From NCBI GenBank assembly GCA_030390025.1, contig CM059432.1, positions 149,546,001 to 149,610,000 on the forward strand: a DNA stretch of 64,000 nucleotides, given 5' to 3'. This document shows positions 49,691 through 62,093 of the stretch, one piece after another; position 1 is the first letter of the stretch, and every line of letters starts with the position of its first letter. The notes beneath the pieces are model-generated. The model saw only the letters and a program-made list of their open reading frames with translations, was not told the DNA's origin and made no database searches. The stretch is from Squalus acanthias (taxonomy: Eukaryota). The position numbers and the translations under genes are program-made.

Positions 49691-50284
49691 AGTTGTACAG
49701 GGCCTTGGTGAGACCACACCTTGAGTACTGTGTGCAGTTTTGGTCGCCTTATCTGAGGAAGGATGTTCTTGCCATGGAAGGAGTTCAGCGAAGATTCACA
49801 AGGCTGATACCTGGGATGGCAGGAATGATGTATGAGGAGAGATTGGGTCGATTGGGCTTATACTCGCTGGAGTATAGAAGAATGAGAGGGGATCTCATCG
49901 AAACATATAAAATTCTGACAGGTCTGGACAAACTAGATGCAGGAAGAATGTTCCCGATGGTCGGAGAGTCCAGAACCAGGGGTCATAATCTAAGGATAAG
50001 GGGTAAGCCATTTAGGACAGAAATGAGGAAGAATTTCTTCACCCAGAGAGTGGTGAACCTGTGGAATTCTCTACCACAGAAGATAGTTGAGGCCAAGTCA
50101 TTAAATATATTCAAGAATGAGTTAGATATATTTCTTAAAGCTAAAGGTATCAAGGGATATGGGGAGAAGGCAGGTACAGGGTACTGAGTTTGGATGATCA
50201 GCCATGATCTCATCGAATGGCGGAGCAGGCTCGAGGGGCCGAATGGCCGACTCCTGCTCCTATTTTCTATGTTTCTATGTTTCT
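49691..50284 (+). mobile_element. Young CR1, nearly identical to 44053-44645, inserted in an old MITE
   Basis: Aligns base for base with only a handful of substitutions. Confidence 0.95.
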
Positions 50285-50767
50285 AAACTCGCTACAGAAA
50301 GTTAGGGCTCATAATTAATAGCATAATTCCCTTTTAACAATGTGATAATTGTTAATACAATGCTAATCAATCTCTCTGGCCCAGAAATGGAATAATTTAA
50401 ACTATTGAATTTCATTTCTGCATGTAGTAAATTGTTGTTAGAGTTTTTAAAAATGTCAAATTTAATTTTTTTTTCTTACTTTTCGTTTCTGTCTCTTTTT
50501 TCTCTCTCAATCAAATGTGAAAATACTCAAAGGAGGGCTAATTTCAGTGAGTTGAAAGGGGATCTTATCCAGATGGATTGGATTCAAAGATTGTCGGGTA
50601 AAACTATAAATGAGCAATGGGAAGCCTTCAAAGAGGAGATAGTTCGGGTAGAAACTAGACACATTCCCACAAGGGGGAAAGGAAGGGCATCCAAAGCCAG
50701 AGCTCCCTGAATGACTAAAGATATAGAGGTTAAAAGGAAACAGAAAAAGGAGGCTTATGATAAATGT

Positions 50768-53262
50768 CATAGAATCATAGAATACTTACAGCACAGAAGG
50801 AGGCCATTTGGCCTGTTGTACCTGTGCTGGTTCTTTGAACGAGCAGTCGTGCTCAGTCCCACATCCTCGCTTTTTGTCCATAATCCTGTAAGTTCCTCAT
50901 CCTTGAGTACCTTTCCAACTCCCTTTTAAAATTATTTATGGAATCAGCTTCACCACCTTTCCAGATCCCGACAACTCTGAGCGAAAACATCTCTCCTCAT
51001 CTCCCCTCTAGATCTTTTGCCAATGATTTTCAATCTATGACATCTGGCTATTGACCCACTCGCCAGAGGGAATAGTTTTTCTCTAACTACTCTATTGAAA
51101 CCTTTCATCATTTTGAAAACCTCCATTAGGTCACCTCTTAACCTTCTCTGTTCCAAGGAGAACGGTCCTAACATTTCCAACCTCTCCTCATAACTGAAGT
51201 CTCTCATCCCTGGTAACATCCTGGTGAACCTCCTCTGTACCCTTTCTAAGGCCTCTTCATCTTTCCTGAAGTGTGGTGCCCAGAATTGTCCACAATACTC
51301 CAGCTGAGGCCTAACCACGGAGTTATAAAGTTCTAGCATGATCTCTTTGCTTTTATATTCTATTCCTCTATTTATAAACCTAAGTAACCCATATGCTTTT
51401 TTAACCATCTCATCAACTTGCTCTGCCACCTTTAAGGATTTGTGTATATGGACACCAAGGTCTCTCTGCTCATCTACACTTTTCAAAATCACACCATTTA
51501 TAGTGTACGGTCTTTCCAGATTAGTCCTCCCAAAGTGCATCACCTCACAGTTCTCTGCATTGAACTCCATCTGCCATGCTTCTGCCCATTTCACCATCCT
51601 GTCTATGTCATCCTGAAGTCTACAACTATCCTCATCACTATCTACTACTTCGCCAAGTTTTGTATCATCTGCAAACTTTATGATGCTGCTTCCTACACCC
51701 ATGTCTAGGTCGTTTATAAAAATTGAAAAGAGTAATGGACTCAAAACTGACCCTTGAGGAACATCACTGGAAACCACCTCCCAGTCTGAAAAACATCCAT
51801 CCAACACCCTCTGCTTCCTGTCACTGAGCCAATTCCATTTCCATGGGCTTCCATCTTCTTAACAAGCCTCCTGTGTGGCACTTTGTTGAGTGCCTTCTGA
51901 CAGTCCTTATGTGCAACATCTACTGCACTACCTTACTCAACCTTCGCTGTTACCTCAAAGAATTCAATCAAGTTAGTCAGACATGATTTGCCTTTAACAA
52001 ATCCATGGTCGATCTCCATGATTAACCCATGCCTTTCCAAATGAAAGTTTATTTTGTCCCTGATAATGGTTTCCAATAATGTTAAGCTGACTGGCCTAGT
52101 TTCCTGGTTTATCCCTCTCCCCTTTCTTGAATAGTGGTCTAACATTACCAACCTTCCAGTCTTCCGGCACTATTCCTGTATCCAATGAGGATGGAAAGAT
52201 TGTGACCAATACCTCTGCTATTTCTACCTTTGCTTCTTTCAGCAACCTAGGATGCATTCCATCTGGACCAGGTGACTTACCAACTTTCAGTAATGCTAAT
52301 CTTCACTAGCTGTTACTATCCTGTCCATAAATTCCCTCTCTTCTTTTAGTATAATCTTCACATCATCCGCTTCCTTTGCGAGGACAAATGCAAAGTATTC
52401 ATTTAATACTTTAGCCATGTCCTCTGTCTCTACAAGAAGATTTCCCTTTGGGTCCTTAATAGACCCAACTTTTTCCCTTGCTAACCGTATATATTTTATA
52501 TGTTTATAAAATGTTTTAGGATTCAATTTAATGTTGCCTGCTAATCTTTTCTCGAAACCTCTCTCTGCCTCCCATATTAACTTTTTCAATTCCCTTCTGT
52601 ACTTTCCATAATCTTCCGGGTTATTAACTGAATCTTGCTCCTGACATTTGTTACAAGCCTCCTTTTTCTGTTTCATTTTAACTTTTATTTCCTTTGTCAT
52701 CCGGGGCGCATTAGCTTTGGATGCTCTACCTTTTCCCTTCAAAGTAATCTGCCTAGTTCGTACCTGATCTCTCTCCTCCCTGAATGTCCTCCCTTGCTCC
52801 GTTACTGCTTTACCCGCAATCGCCTTTTCCAGTCTACCTGCACTCGGTCCCTTCTTAAATCACTGAACTTAGCTCTTCCCCAGTTGAACATTTTTACCGT
52901 CGACATTTTCTGGTTTCTTTCCATAATTACTTTGAACCAAATTATGTTGTAGTCACGGTTAGTTAGATGACCTCCTACTGCAGTACACTCCAGTTGCCCG
53001 AGTTAATTTCCCAGAACCAGATCAAACACTGCTTCCATCCTTGTTGGACTGGAGACATATTGATTGAGAAAGTTTTCCTGTGCACATATCAGAAATTCCT
53101 CTCCTTCACTACCCTTAGCACAATATTATCCCCAGTTTATATTAAGGTAATTAAAATCTAATATTACTACTCTATGTTTGTTACACACCTTTGAAATTTG
53201 CTGACAAATTTGCTCACTAGCTCCTTCTCTCTGTTTGGAGCTCTATAAAAAAAACTCCCAAC
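50768..53262 (-). mobile_element. Long degenerate CR1 (endonuclease end to 3' UTR)
   Basis: ORFs 52296..52742, 51933..52151 (HGFVKGKSCLTNLIEFF) and 50950..51807 (PQGSVLSP, FADDTKL, WQMEFN). A plus-strand CR1 linker fragment precedes it at about 50510-50768. Confidence 0.92.
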
Positions 53263-54629
53263 AATGAGCTGAATTTTAATGGAGAAGGCGGGTTGGGAGT
53301 GGGGAGGCTCCGAAGTTGTCGGGAAACCTGGGAGAACAGGTTTCCCATAGGCCCTGCTGAATTTAATGGCAGGGCCTGATTTGCATGAGAAGCTTCTGTT
53401 TTCCACATGCGGCCGGCCAGATTGAGAGGCTGGCTGGCTCCGGGTGGGTAGGCCTGCGGCACTAGGCCGCAGAGAGGAGGGGGGAAAGGATCGCATGGTG
53501 GCCGGGGGGGGGGGGCGGCCGGTGGAGCACGGGGTGGGGGGTCTGAAGGGATCGTGGGCCGCGAGCAGCACAAAGCGGTGACCAAAGTAGTTGGCAGGGG
53601 AATGTCTTTGGATTTTATTTATATGGACTTCCAGAAGGCATTCAATAAAGTCTCTCATAAGAGACTGTTAGCTAAAGTTGAAGCCCACGGAATTGAAGGC
53701 AAATTATTGACCTGCTTAGGAAACTGGCTGAGCGGCAGGAGACAGAGAGTAGGGATAATGGGCAGGTACTCTAATTGGCAGGATGTGACTAGTGGTGTCC
53801 CGCAGGGATCTGTGTTGAGGCCTCAACTATTCACCGTATTTATTAACGACTTAGATGATGAGATAGTCACATATCAAAGTTTGCCAATGACACAAAGATA
53901 GGTGGCATTGTAGGCAGTGTAGATGGTAGCATAAAATTACAAAGAAATATTGATAGATTAAGTGAATGAGCGAAACTGCGGCAAATGGATTTCAATGTAG
54001 ACAAGTGTGAGGTCATCCACTTTGGTCCTAATATGGATTGAACAGAGTACTTTCTAAATGGTGAAAGGCTAGAAAAAGTGGAGGTCCAAAGAGACTCTGG
54101 GGGTCCAGGTACATCGATCATTAAAATGTCATGGACAGGTCCAGAAAATAATCAAAAAGGCTAATGGGATGCTGGCCTTTATATCCAGAGGACAATACAA
54201 GGGGGTAGAAGCAATGTTCCCCCTAATGTTCTTTTGGGTGCGCAGTCCTTTTAACGACCCATTCAAGATCTTCCATTCAAAAGCCGGGAAGTGGCCTGTG
54301 CAGGGCTTCCAGTCAGCTGTTTGGCCGCACAGCTAAGAGCCAACGTTACTTATAAGTCATGCTACAGCTACACAAAACCCTGGTTAGACCACACCTGGTG
54401 TACTGTGTTCGGTTCTGGGCACCACACCTTAGGAAGGATATATTGGCCTTGAAGGGAGTGCAGCGTAGGTTTACCAGAATGATACCTGGACTCCAAGGGT
54501 TAAATTACGAGGAGCGATTACACAAATTAGAGTTGTATTCTCTGAAATTTAGAAGATTAAGGGGTGATTTGATCAAAGTTTTCAAATTATTAAGGGGAAC
54601 TAATAGTGTAGATAGAGAGAAACTATTTC

Positions 54630-57167
54630 GATAGCAAAATGCTGCGGATGCTGGAAATCCGAAATAACAACAGAAAACGCTGGAAACACTCAGCAGGTCA
54701 GGCAGCATCCGTGGAGAGAGAAAGAGAGTTAACGTTTCAGGTCGATGACCCTTCGTCGGAACTGAAAGAGCAGGAAATAAACAGATAAAAATGCAAGGGG
54801 GAGGCTGGGGGGAGGAATAAAAGAACAAAAGGGATGGTCTTTAGTGAGTAGAGACATTGAGAGATGCTCAAGGCAAGACGAGATGGTAATGGGACAGGTT
54901 GAGAAACAAAAGGTAAGGTGTGAAATGCTGGCAGAATCAGAGACAGCTGCCGTGGGGGGAGAGAGAGAAAAAAAAGGAAAAAGGCACGGACCAAAAGAGT
55001 GGATAAAATGTATATATATGTGGTAGGGGCCGGGGTTATGATCTGAAATTGTTGAACTCGATATTGAGTCCGGAAGGCTGTAAAGTGCCTAAACGGAAGA
55101 TGAGGTGCTGTTCCTGGAGCTTACGCTGCGCTTCCGTGGAACAATGCAAGAGGCCGAGGACGGTGAGGTCCAAGTGGGAGTGGAGCAGTGAATTAAAGTG
55201 ACAGGCGACCGGAAGCTCGGGGTCACCCTTACGGACTGAACGGAGGTGTTCCGCAATGTGGTCACCCAATCTGCGTTTGGTCTCCCCAATGTAGAGGAGA
55301 CCACATCGTGAGCAGCGAATACAGTATACTAGATTGCAAGAAGTACAAGTAAATCGCTGTTTCACCTGGAAGGGGTGTTTGGGGCCCTGGAGAGTGGGAA
55401 GGGGGGATGTATAAGGGCAGGTGTTGCATCTCCTGCGCTTGCACGGGAAGGTGCCGGGCGAGGGGGTAGGGGTGCTGGGGGTGATAGAGTGGACTAGGGT
55501 GTCTCGGAGGGAGCGGTCCCTACGGAATGCTGAAAGGGGAGGTGAGGGGAAGATACGTTTGGTGGTGGGATCACGTTGGAGGTAGCGGAAATGGCGGAGG
55601 ATGATCCGTTGAATGTGGAGGCTGGTGGGGTGAAAGGTGAGGACAAGGGGAACTCTATCGTGGTTCCGGGAGGGAGGGGCCGGGGTGAGGGCAGAAGTGC
55701 GGGAGATGGAACGGACACGGTCGAGGGCCGTGTCGACCACGGTAGAGGGGAATCCTCGGTTGAGGAAAAAGGAAGACATGTCGGAAGCACTGGTATGGAA
55801 GGTGGCATCGTCGGAGCAGATGCGGCGGAGACGGAGAAACTATGAGAAGGGAATAGAGTCCTTACAGGAGGCGGGGTGGGAGGAAGTGTAGTCCAGGTAG
55901 CTGTGGGAGTCAGTGGGCTTGTAGTGAATGTTGGTCAATAACCTATCCCCAGAGATGGAGACGGAGAAGTCGAGGAAGGGGAGGGAAGAGTCGGAGATGG
56001 ACCATGTGAAGGTGAGGGAAGGGTGGAAATTGGAGGCAAAGTGAATGAAATTGTCTAGTTTGGGGCGAGAGCAGGAAACGGCACCGATACAGTCGTCAAT
56101 GTACCGGAAAAAGAGGTGAGGGAGGGGACCCGAGTAGGACTGGAACAAAGAGTGTTCCACATATCCCACGAAAAGGCAGGCATAGCTAGGACCCATGCGG
56201 GTACCCATAGCAACACCTTTGATTTGGAGGAAATGAGTGGAGTCAAAGGAGAAGTTGTTCAATGTGAGAACAAGTTCAGCCAGGCGGAGGAGGGTGGCGG
56301 TGGATGGGGACTGGTTGGGCCTCTGTTCAAGGAAGAAGCGGAGCGCCCTCAGGCCATCCTGGTGGGGGATGGAGGTGTAGAGGGATTGTACGTCCATGGT
56401 GAAAAGGAGGCGGTTGGGGCCAGGAAACTGGAAACTGTTAAAGTGGCGGAGGGCGTCAGAGGAATCGCGGATGTAGGTGGGAAGGGACTGGACAAGGGGA
56501 GAAAAAATAGAATCGAGATAGGAAGAGATAAGTTCCGTGGGGCAAGAACAGGCTGAAACGATGGGTCTACCAGGGCAGTCCTGTTTGTGGATCTTGGGAA
56601 GGAGGTAGAAGCAGGCTGTGCGGGGTTGGGGAACTATGAGGTTGGCGGCCGTGGGGGGAAGATCTCCAGAGGAGATGAGGTCAGTGACAGTCTTGGACAC
56701 GGTGGCTTGATGTTCTGTAGTGGGGTCATGGTCCAGGTGGAGGTAGGAGGAGGTGTCGGAGAGTTGGCGTTCAACTTCCGCTAGGTAGAGGTCGGTTCGC
56801 CAAACAACAACAGCACCACCCTTGTCAGCAGGTTTAATGACAATGTTAGGGTTGGATCTGAGAGAATGGAGTGCTGCAAGTTCAGAGGGAGGTAGGTTGG
56901 AGTGAGTGAGGGGAGCAGAGAAATTGAGCTGGCCGATGTCACGGCGGCAGTTAGCAATGAAAAGATCTAGAGAGGGTAAGAGGCCAGAGGGAGGGGTCCA
57001 GGTGGAACGAGAATTCTGAAAGCGGGAGAAAGGGTCAGCCGTGCGGGGGGAAGACTCCTGGCCAGAGAAGTGGGCATGGAGACGGAGGCGGCGGAAAAAG
57101 AGCTCAGCATCGTGCCGAGCTCGAAATTCATTGAGATGGGGGTGTAAGGGGATGAAGCTCAGGCCTC
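54630..57167 (-). mobile_element. 5'-truncated, well-preserved Penelope-like element (RT + GIY-YIG) with 3' pLTR
   Basis: ORFs 55840..56700 and 55036..55779 are in one frame separated by a single TAG; KPADKG, LPKIHK, GVAMG, FRYIDD, CKRRRCNTC, LVYCIRC..YIGET; 14-bp TSD agagaaactatttc at 54616-54629 and 57168-57181. Confidence 0.95.
54727..54763 (-). ncRNA. Family-A hammerhead motif with a CCGACGA core variant
   Basis: Reverse reads AGTT-CCGACGA-AGGGTCATCGACCT-GAAACGTT-AACT. Confidence 0.72.
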
Positions 57168-57906
57168 AGAGAAACTATTTCCGCTGGTTGGGGATTCTAG
57201 GACTAAGGAATATAGCCTAAAAATTAGAGCCAGACCTTTCAGGAGTGAAATTAGGAAACACTTCTACACACAAAGGATGGTAGAAGTTTGGAACTCTCTT
57301 CCGCAAATGGCAGTTGATGCTCGATCAATTGTTAATTTTAAATCTGAGATTGATAGATATTTGTTAACCAAAGGTATTAAGGGATGTGGGGCAAAGCTGG
57401 GCTATATGGAGTTAGGTCACAGATCAGCCATGATCTCATTGAATGGCGGAACAGGCTCGAGGGGCTAAATGGCCTCCGCCTGTTCCTATGTCCCTATGAG
57501 GTTAGGAGTATGCATGAGTAAGAAAGTAGGTACCAGGCATAGTCATGATATTAGGAAGTAGAAGTGATCTTATGTGACTTAATATAAATCTGGAAATTTT
57601 CAGCCAAAGTAATTAATTGTACATTATTATTGGAAAACTATGGTTGGATCTTCCTTCTCCAGACTGCCCAAAAATGGGTAGTTTGGGGAAGGACAATCCA
57701 AAGCCATAGTTTGCAGAGAGCCTCATGTTGGCTGATTCTGTTACAGACAGCGGAAAAAGCTAACTGCCCCAGGCTCCTCAGAGGAAACACGAAGAGGGCA
57801 CAAGGACGGCCATCAATGGCAGGCTAGTTATGCATAAGTTTTAAGTTTATCAGGACTATACTGATTTATCAAATACAACTTTTGACACAGCGATATTATG
57901 TATAGT

Positions 57907-58367
57907 GAAAAGAAAAACTTGCATTTATATAGCGCCTTTCACGACCACCAGACGTCTCAAAGCGCTTTACAGCCAATGAAGTACTTTTGAAGTGTAGCCA
58001 CTGTTGTAATGTCGGAAACATGGCAGCCAATTTGTGCACAGCAAGCTCCCACAAACAGCACTGTGATAATGACCAGATAATCCGATTTTGTTATGTTGGT
58101 TGAGGGGTAAATATTGGCCAGGACACCGGGAGAACTCCCTTGCTCTTCTTTGAAATAGTGCCGCAGGATCTTTTACGTTCACCTGAGAGAGCAGATGGGG
58201 CCTCGGTTTAACGTCTCATCCAAAAGACAGCACCTGTGACAGTGCAGCACTCCCTCAGTACTGCACTGGAGTGTCAGCCTAGATTTTTGTGCTCAAGTCT
58301 CTGGAGTGGGACTTGAACCCACAACCTTCTGACTCAGAGGCGAGTGTGCGATCCACTGAGCCACGGC
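57907..58367 (-). mobile_element. Full-length DeuSINE (tRNA-like head, Deu-domain, L2-like tail)
   Basis: gccgtggctcagtgg (A box)...ggttcaagtcc (B box), Deu-domain, tail aaaggcgctatataaatgcaag. Confidence 0.9.
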
Positions 58368-60059
58368 TAACCTTGTGAGAGAGCATATTGGTAGTTGACA
58401 AGAGCAATGAACCGTATGTTCTTATCTTTAACCTACAAAATAATGGTTAGAAACCTGAATGTGAAAGCTCAGAATGAGGAAAAGAGATAAAATTTCATAT
58501 CTGCCTATATATTATTAAAAATCTCACATATGGAAAGCATTTCCTATCTACAAACCTTAACGATTTTCAATCACACTTTTTATGGCAACATTCAATTGAA
58601 AATCTGTACGCAAACACTTATAATGAAGCTGTAAACATTTCCCATGTAAACAGTTGCTTGTTACAACATAGCTGGAGTCTGTAGCTAATTGATGACACTG
58701 TGGATTAGTCTTGGAGCTCCCTTTCTGCCAGCTCCAGGAGCTGTTTTTCATTTGATGTGAAGGCAATTCTGAGGTAAGTTCGATTTGTTTTAGTTCAATT
58801 TGTTCACTTTTAAAAAAAAAAGTTTTTTTTGTCCTGTTGCTGCCAACCTGGTGGACTCCCCGGCATTGCCCCAGTTCTCGGGCGTCCTGCTTCTCTTTGC
58901 CCCACCTGTGGCCCACTGATGTTGAATTTGACTCTTATGACCCTTTCTACAATTTTAGCTTCTAGTCTTAAACCTGTAACGAAACACTCCACAACACAAA
59001 GTTCTTTTATAAGATTTATTCCATACACAAAAAACGGATCATACATTACTGATCTGGGCGCTACTAGCAATCCTGGCTTGGTCCGAGCTGGCGGCTTGTC
59101 TCTTCCCAGGGACAGGCTCGACTTAAGCTGCCTGTGCTTTCGCTATTTAAGCTCTAAAATCACAAACCTACGTGACCACTGGCTTCCTGTGTTATCAGTT
59201 ATCTCGGTACATCTGCTCCACGCATGATTATATCAGGAGGAGAAAAACAACTCCATATAAAGCAAACTGATCAAGGCAAAATTGGAAACTAAGTAAGGCT
59301 GCGTCTATCACAAGTAGTAGAAGCTAATGATATGGGTTCTTTTGGTTTTGTGGTTCGCCTGGCCTGGGCCTAAGCAAGGTCATGGAGCTATCATTATATT
59401 CACATCCAGACATTGTGGTTTTTTACCCGTCTGATTCAAGACCGTTCTGCTTGTGGCAGAATTTTGGAGAATCGCTAACAGTTAACATTAACTCTTATAG
59501 TTCTGCTGTTCTTCAATGTGACCAGAATGCCTCCGGCATGTTTCAACCTCTTCAAAATACTCCCCGATTCTGTTAAATCTGAATCAGAAAAAGAACGTGG
59601 CAATAAAACAAGTGAAATGGGATATTAACAAATGGGTTCAATTTCAGCATGTCATGACAGAAAAAATGTTGCTGTACAGCATCTGCAATTCGAGTGCGCG
59701 GTTGGGATATACAAACAGGCCGTGCAATACAGCAGAAGACAAGACAAAGAGCCCCCAACATTACAAAGATAAGTATAGTATACATGACAAAAACTGCAGC
59801 AACAACACCATGCATTTATATAGCACCTTTAACATAGAAAACAATCTACTCAACTATAAACTGTTGTAGTTGCATCAATATAAAATAACAGTTGTCGTCA
59901 CCATCTGGATTGCCATGAAAGATATGGTAAAGCAGTTTGCGTGGTTTGCTTGAGCTGTACTCTAATGAGTTTACGATATTTCATTTAATGTCGAGTCCTT
60001 TGCAGATGTTAAGCTTTGGGATCTCTTACTGTGGATACCATTGCTGGTGGCTATAGACA

Positions 60060-60794
60060 TCTGGGTTCGCAACCTTGGTGTCATATTTGACCCTGAAATA
60101 AGCTTCCGGCCATATATCCACGCCATAACTAAGACCGCCTATTTCCACCTCTGTAACATCGCCCGACTCCGCCCCTGCCTCAGCTCATCCGCTGCTGAAA
60201 CCCTCATCCATGCCTTTGTTACCTCTAGACTTGACTATTCCAACACACTCCTGGCAGCCTCCCACATTCTACCCTACGTAAACCTGAGCTCATCCAAAAC
60301 TCGGCTGCCCGTGTCCTAACTCGTATCAAGTCCCGTTCGCCCATCACCCCCTTTGCTCGCAGACCTACATTGGCTCCCGGTTAAGCAGCGCCTCGATTTC
60401 AAAATTCTCATCCCTGTTTTTCAAATCCCTCTATGGCTTTGCCTCTCCCTATCTCTGTAATCTCCTCCAGCCCCACAACCCCCACGAGATATCTGCGTTC
60501 CTCTAATCCTGGCCCCTTGAGCATCCCTGATTTTAATCGCTTAATCATCGGTGGCCGTGCCTTCAGCTGTCAAGGCCCTAAGCTCTGGAATTCCCTGCCT
60601 AAACCTCTCCACCTCTTGTTCCTCCTTTAAGAGGCTCCTTAAAACCTACCTCTTTGACCAAGCTTTTGGTCATCTGTCCTGATTTCACCTTATGTGGCTC
60701 AGTGCCAAATTTTGTTTTATAACACTCCTGTGAAGCACCTTGGGACATTTTACGACATTAATGGCGCTATATAAATACAAGTTGTTGTTGTTGT
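60060..60794 (+). mobile_element. 5'-truncated L2 LINE
   Basis: VRNLGVIFD...LIHAFVTSRLDYSN, PKLWNSLP, (ttg)n tail. Confidence 0.92.
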
Positions 60795-61916
60795 ATCTCA
60801 TGACAGAGGCTTTATGGCCAGGGCAAAGCAAGAAGGTCATTTCTCATCAGAGGGGACACAAGGGGTTAACTGAAGCATACTTCTCACTGAGAATATGTGG
60901 TGTCTGGTCAGGATTCTGAATGTGGTTACCAAATGCCATTCTCTTGAACATGGGGAGTAGGAAGCCACAGTCCTTTCCTGAACTGTCAAACAACCTGCGT
61001 GGTTAAAGCCCATTTGATCAGGTGCAGAGGCTGTGGGTCATTTTGTCTAACCTGAATCCCAGAGTTTTAGCCAATCACTACTGGGGAAGGTTAAAGGTCT
61101 GCCACAAACACTTAACATGAGGTCGTTGTCCATCCTGTGTATCAGTGTAGTCATGGTGGTAGATGTCAAAAAGGTCTCCATTGTGTAAAGGAAGAGTTTC
61201 AGGAACAGTGACATAAGTGCCGGTAAAAGAAGCTCTGCAGGGAGCCAGTAGGGTCCTGGGGCATGGCCAAATTCCTAAACAGGGCTCATCAAACTGCTTT
61301 TTGGATTCCACTGGCCAGCATTGGAGAGTTCAGTGCCTGCAGTCCCCATGTGAGGGCTGGGAAGAGGAGAAAATTGGCAGGCTTCCAAGTTGGTTGCTTG
61401 TGATTTGGAGATGTACAGTGATGCACAAGTGTCTCTGAATTCACTGTCAAATCTCAGGTGCTTGGATGTGAGTTTACTACCTGCTTTCTTAACTGGTGTG
61501 ATGGCTGTTTTTGTTTCCTTACATGAGCAGCTTTCCAGGTTTGTTGCTCTGGTGTACAAGAAGGTGCTTTCGAAGCCTGGTTAAAGCAGTTTATTTAATG
61601 GCTCTCTAGCCTGCTGGTGCTTTCTTTGCTGGGTTGCTAAGTCTCATATTTGCTTCAGGTATCACTGGGTTTGGGCACTCTACACTTCTAGGCATGATGT
61701 AGGTGATTAGGAAGGCCTTGATAGTTTCCTAGTGTAATATGGAGAAGCTGTGGAGTCCTCATTTTTGGCTATGTGCTGGCAAAGTTGAGGTCATCATATG
61801 GGAATGAACTGTGGCATGCCAAGGAAAACAAGGTTGAGATGGCATCACTCGGGATAGTGTGGCACATTGGTTAGAGTGAGCTGGCGGGTGACCAAAGCCT
61901 GGTCTGATATGGACAT

Positions 61917-62093
61917 ATGTGAGAAGTCGCACAACACCAGGTTATAGTCCAACAGTTTTATTTGAAATCACAAGCTTTCGGAGCGGCTGCTCCGAAAGCT
62001 TGTGATTTCAAATAAAGCTGTTGGACTATAACCTGGTGTTGTGCGACTTCTCACTTTTGTCCACCCCAGTCCAACACCGGCATCTCCGCATCA
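61917..62093 (+). mobile_element. Fold-back hammerhead-family element (family B), copy 3, folded inside helix II
   Basis: Arms centred on cggagc-ggct-gctccg (about 61979-61994); CTGACGA box absent; 12-bp TSD tgatatggacat at 61905-61916 and 62094-62105. Confidence 0.85.

Larger units (their letters stand above)
53575..57498 (+). mobile_element. CR1 interrupted by a hAT-like MITE and a Penelope-like element
   Basis: YMDFQKAFNKV...SGVPQGSVL (53554..53901), LVRPHL...RRLRGDLI (54359..54634), resuming after 57168 (WNSLP). Confidence 0.9.

Noticed and set aside
58290..58367. tRNA-like A/B boxes (also at about 26071, 45005 and 48930)
   Set aside because: They run directly into SINE bodies, so they are SINE heads rather than tRNA genes.
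58557..59227. Overlapping ORFs of 86-132 aa and a possible short solo LTR (tgtaac...ggtaca, about 58975-59211)
   Set aside because: No recognisable domain and no matching TSD around the putative LTR.
60830..61900. Possible very old LINE remnant
   Set aside because: No convincing RT or endonuclease motifs in any frame.
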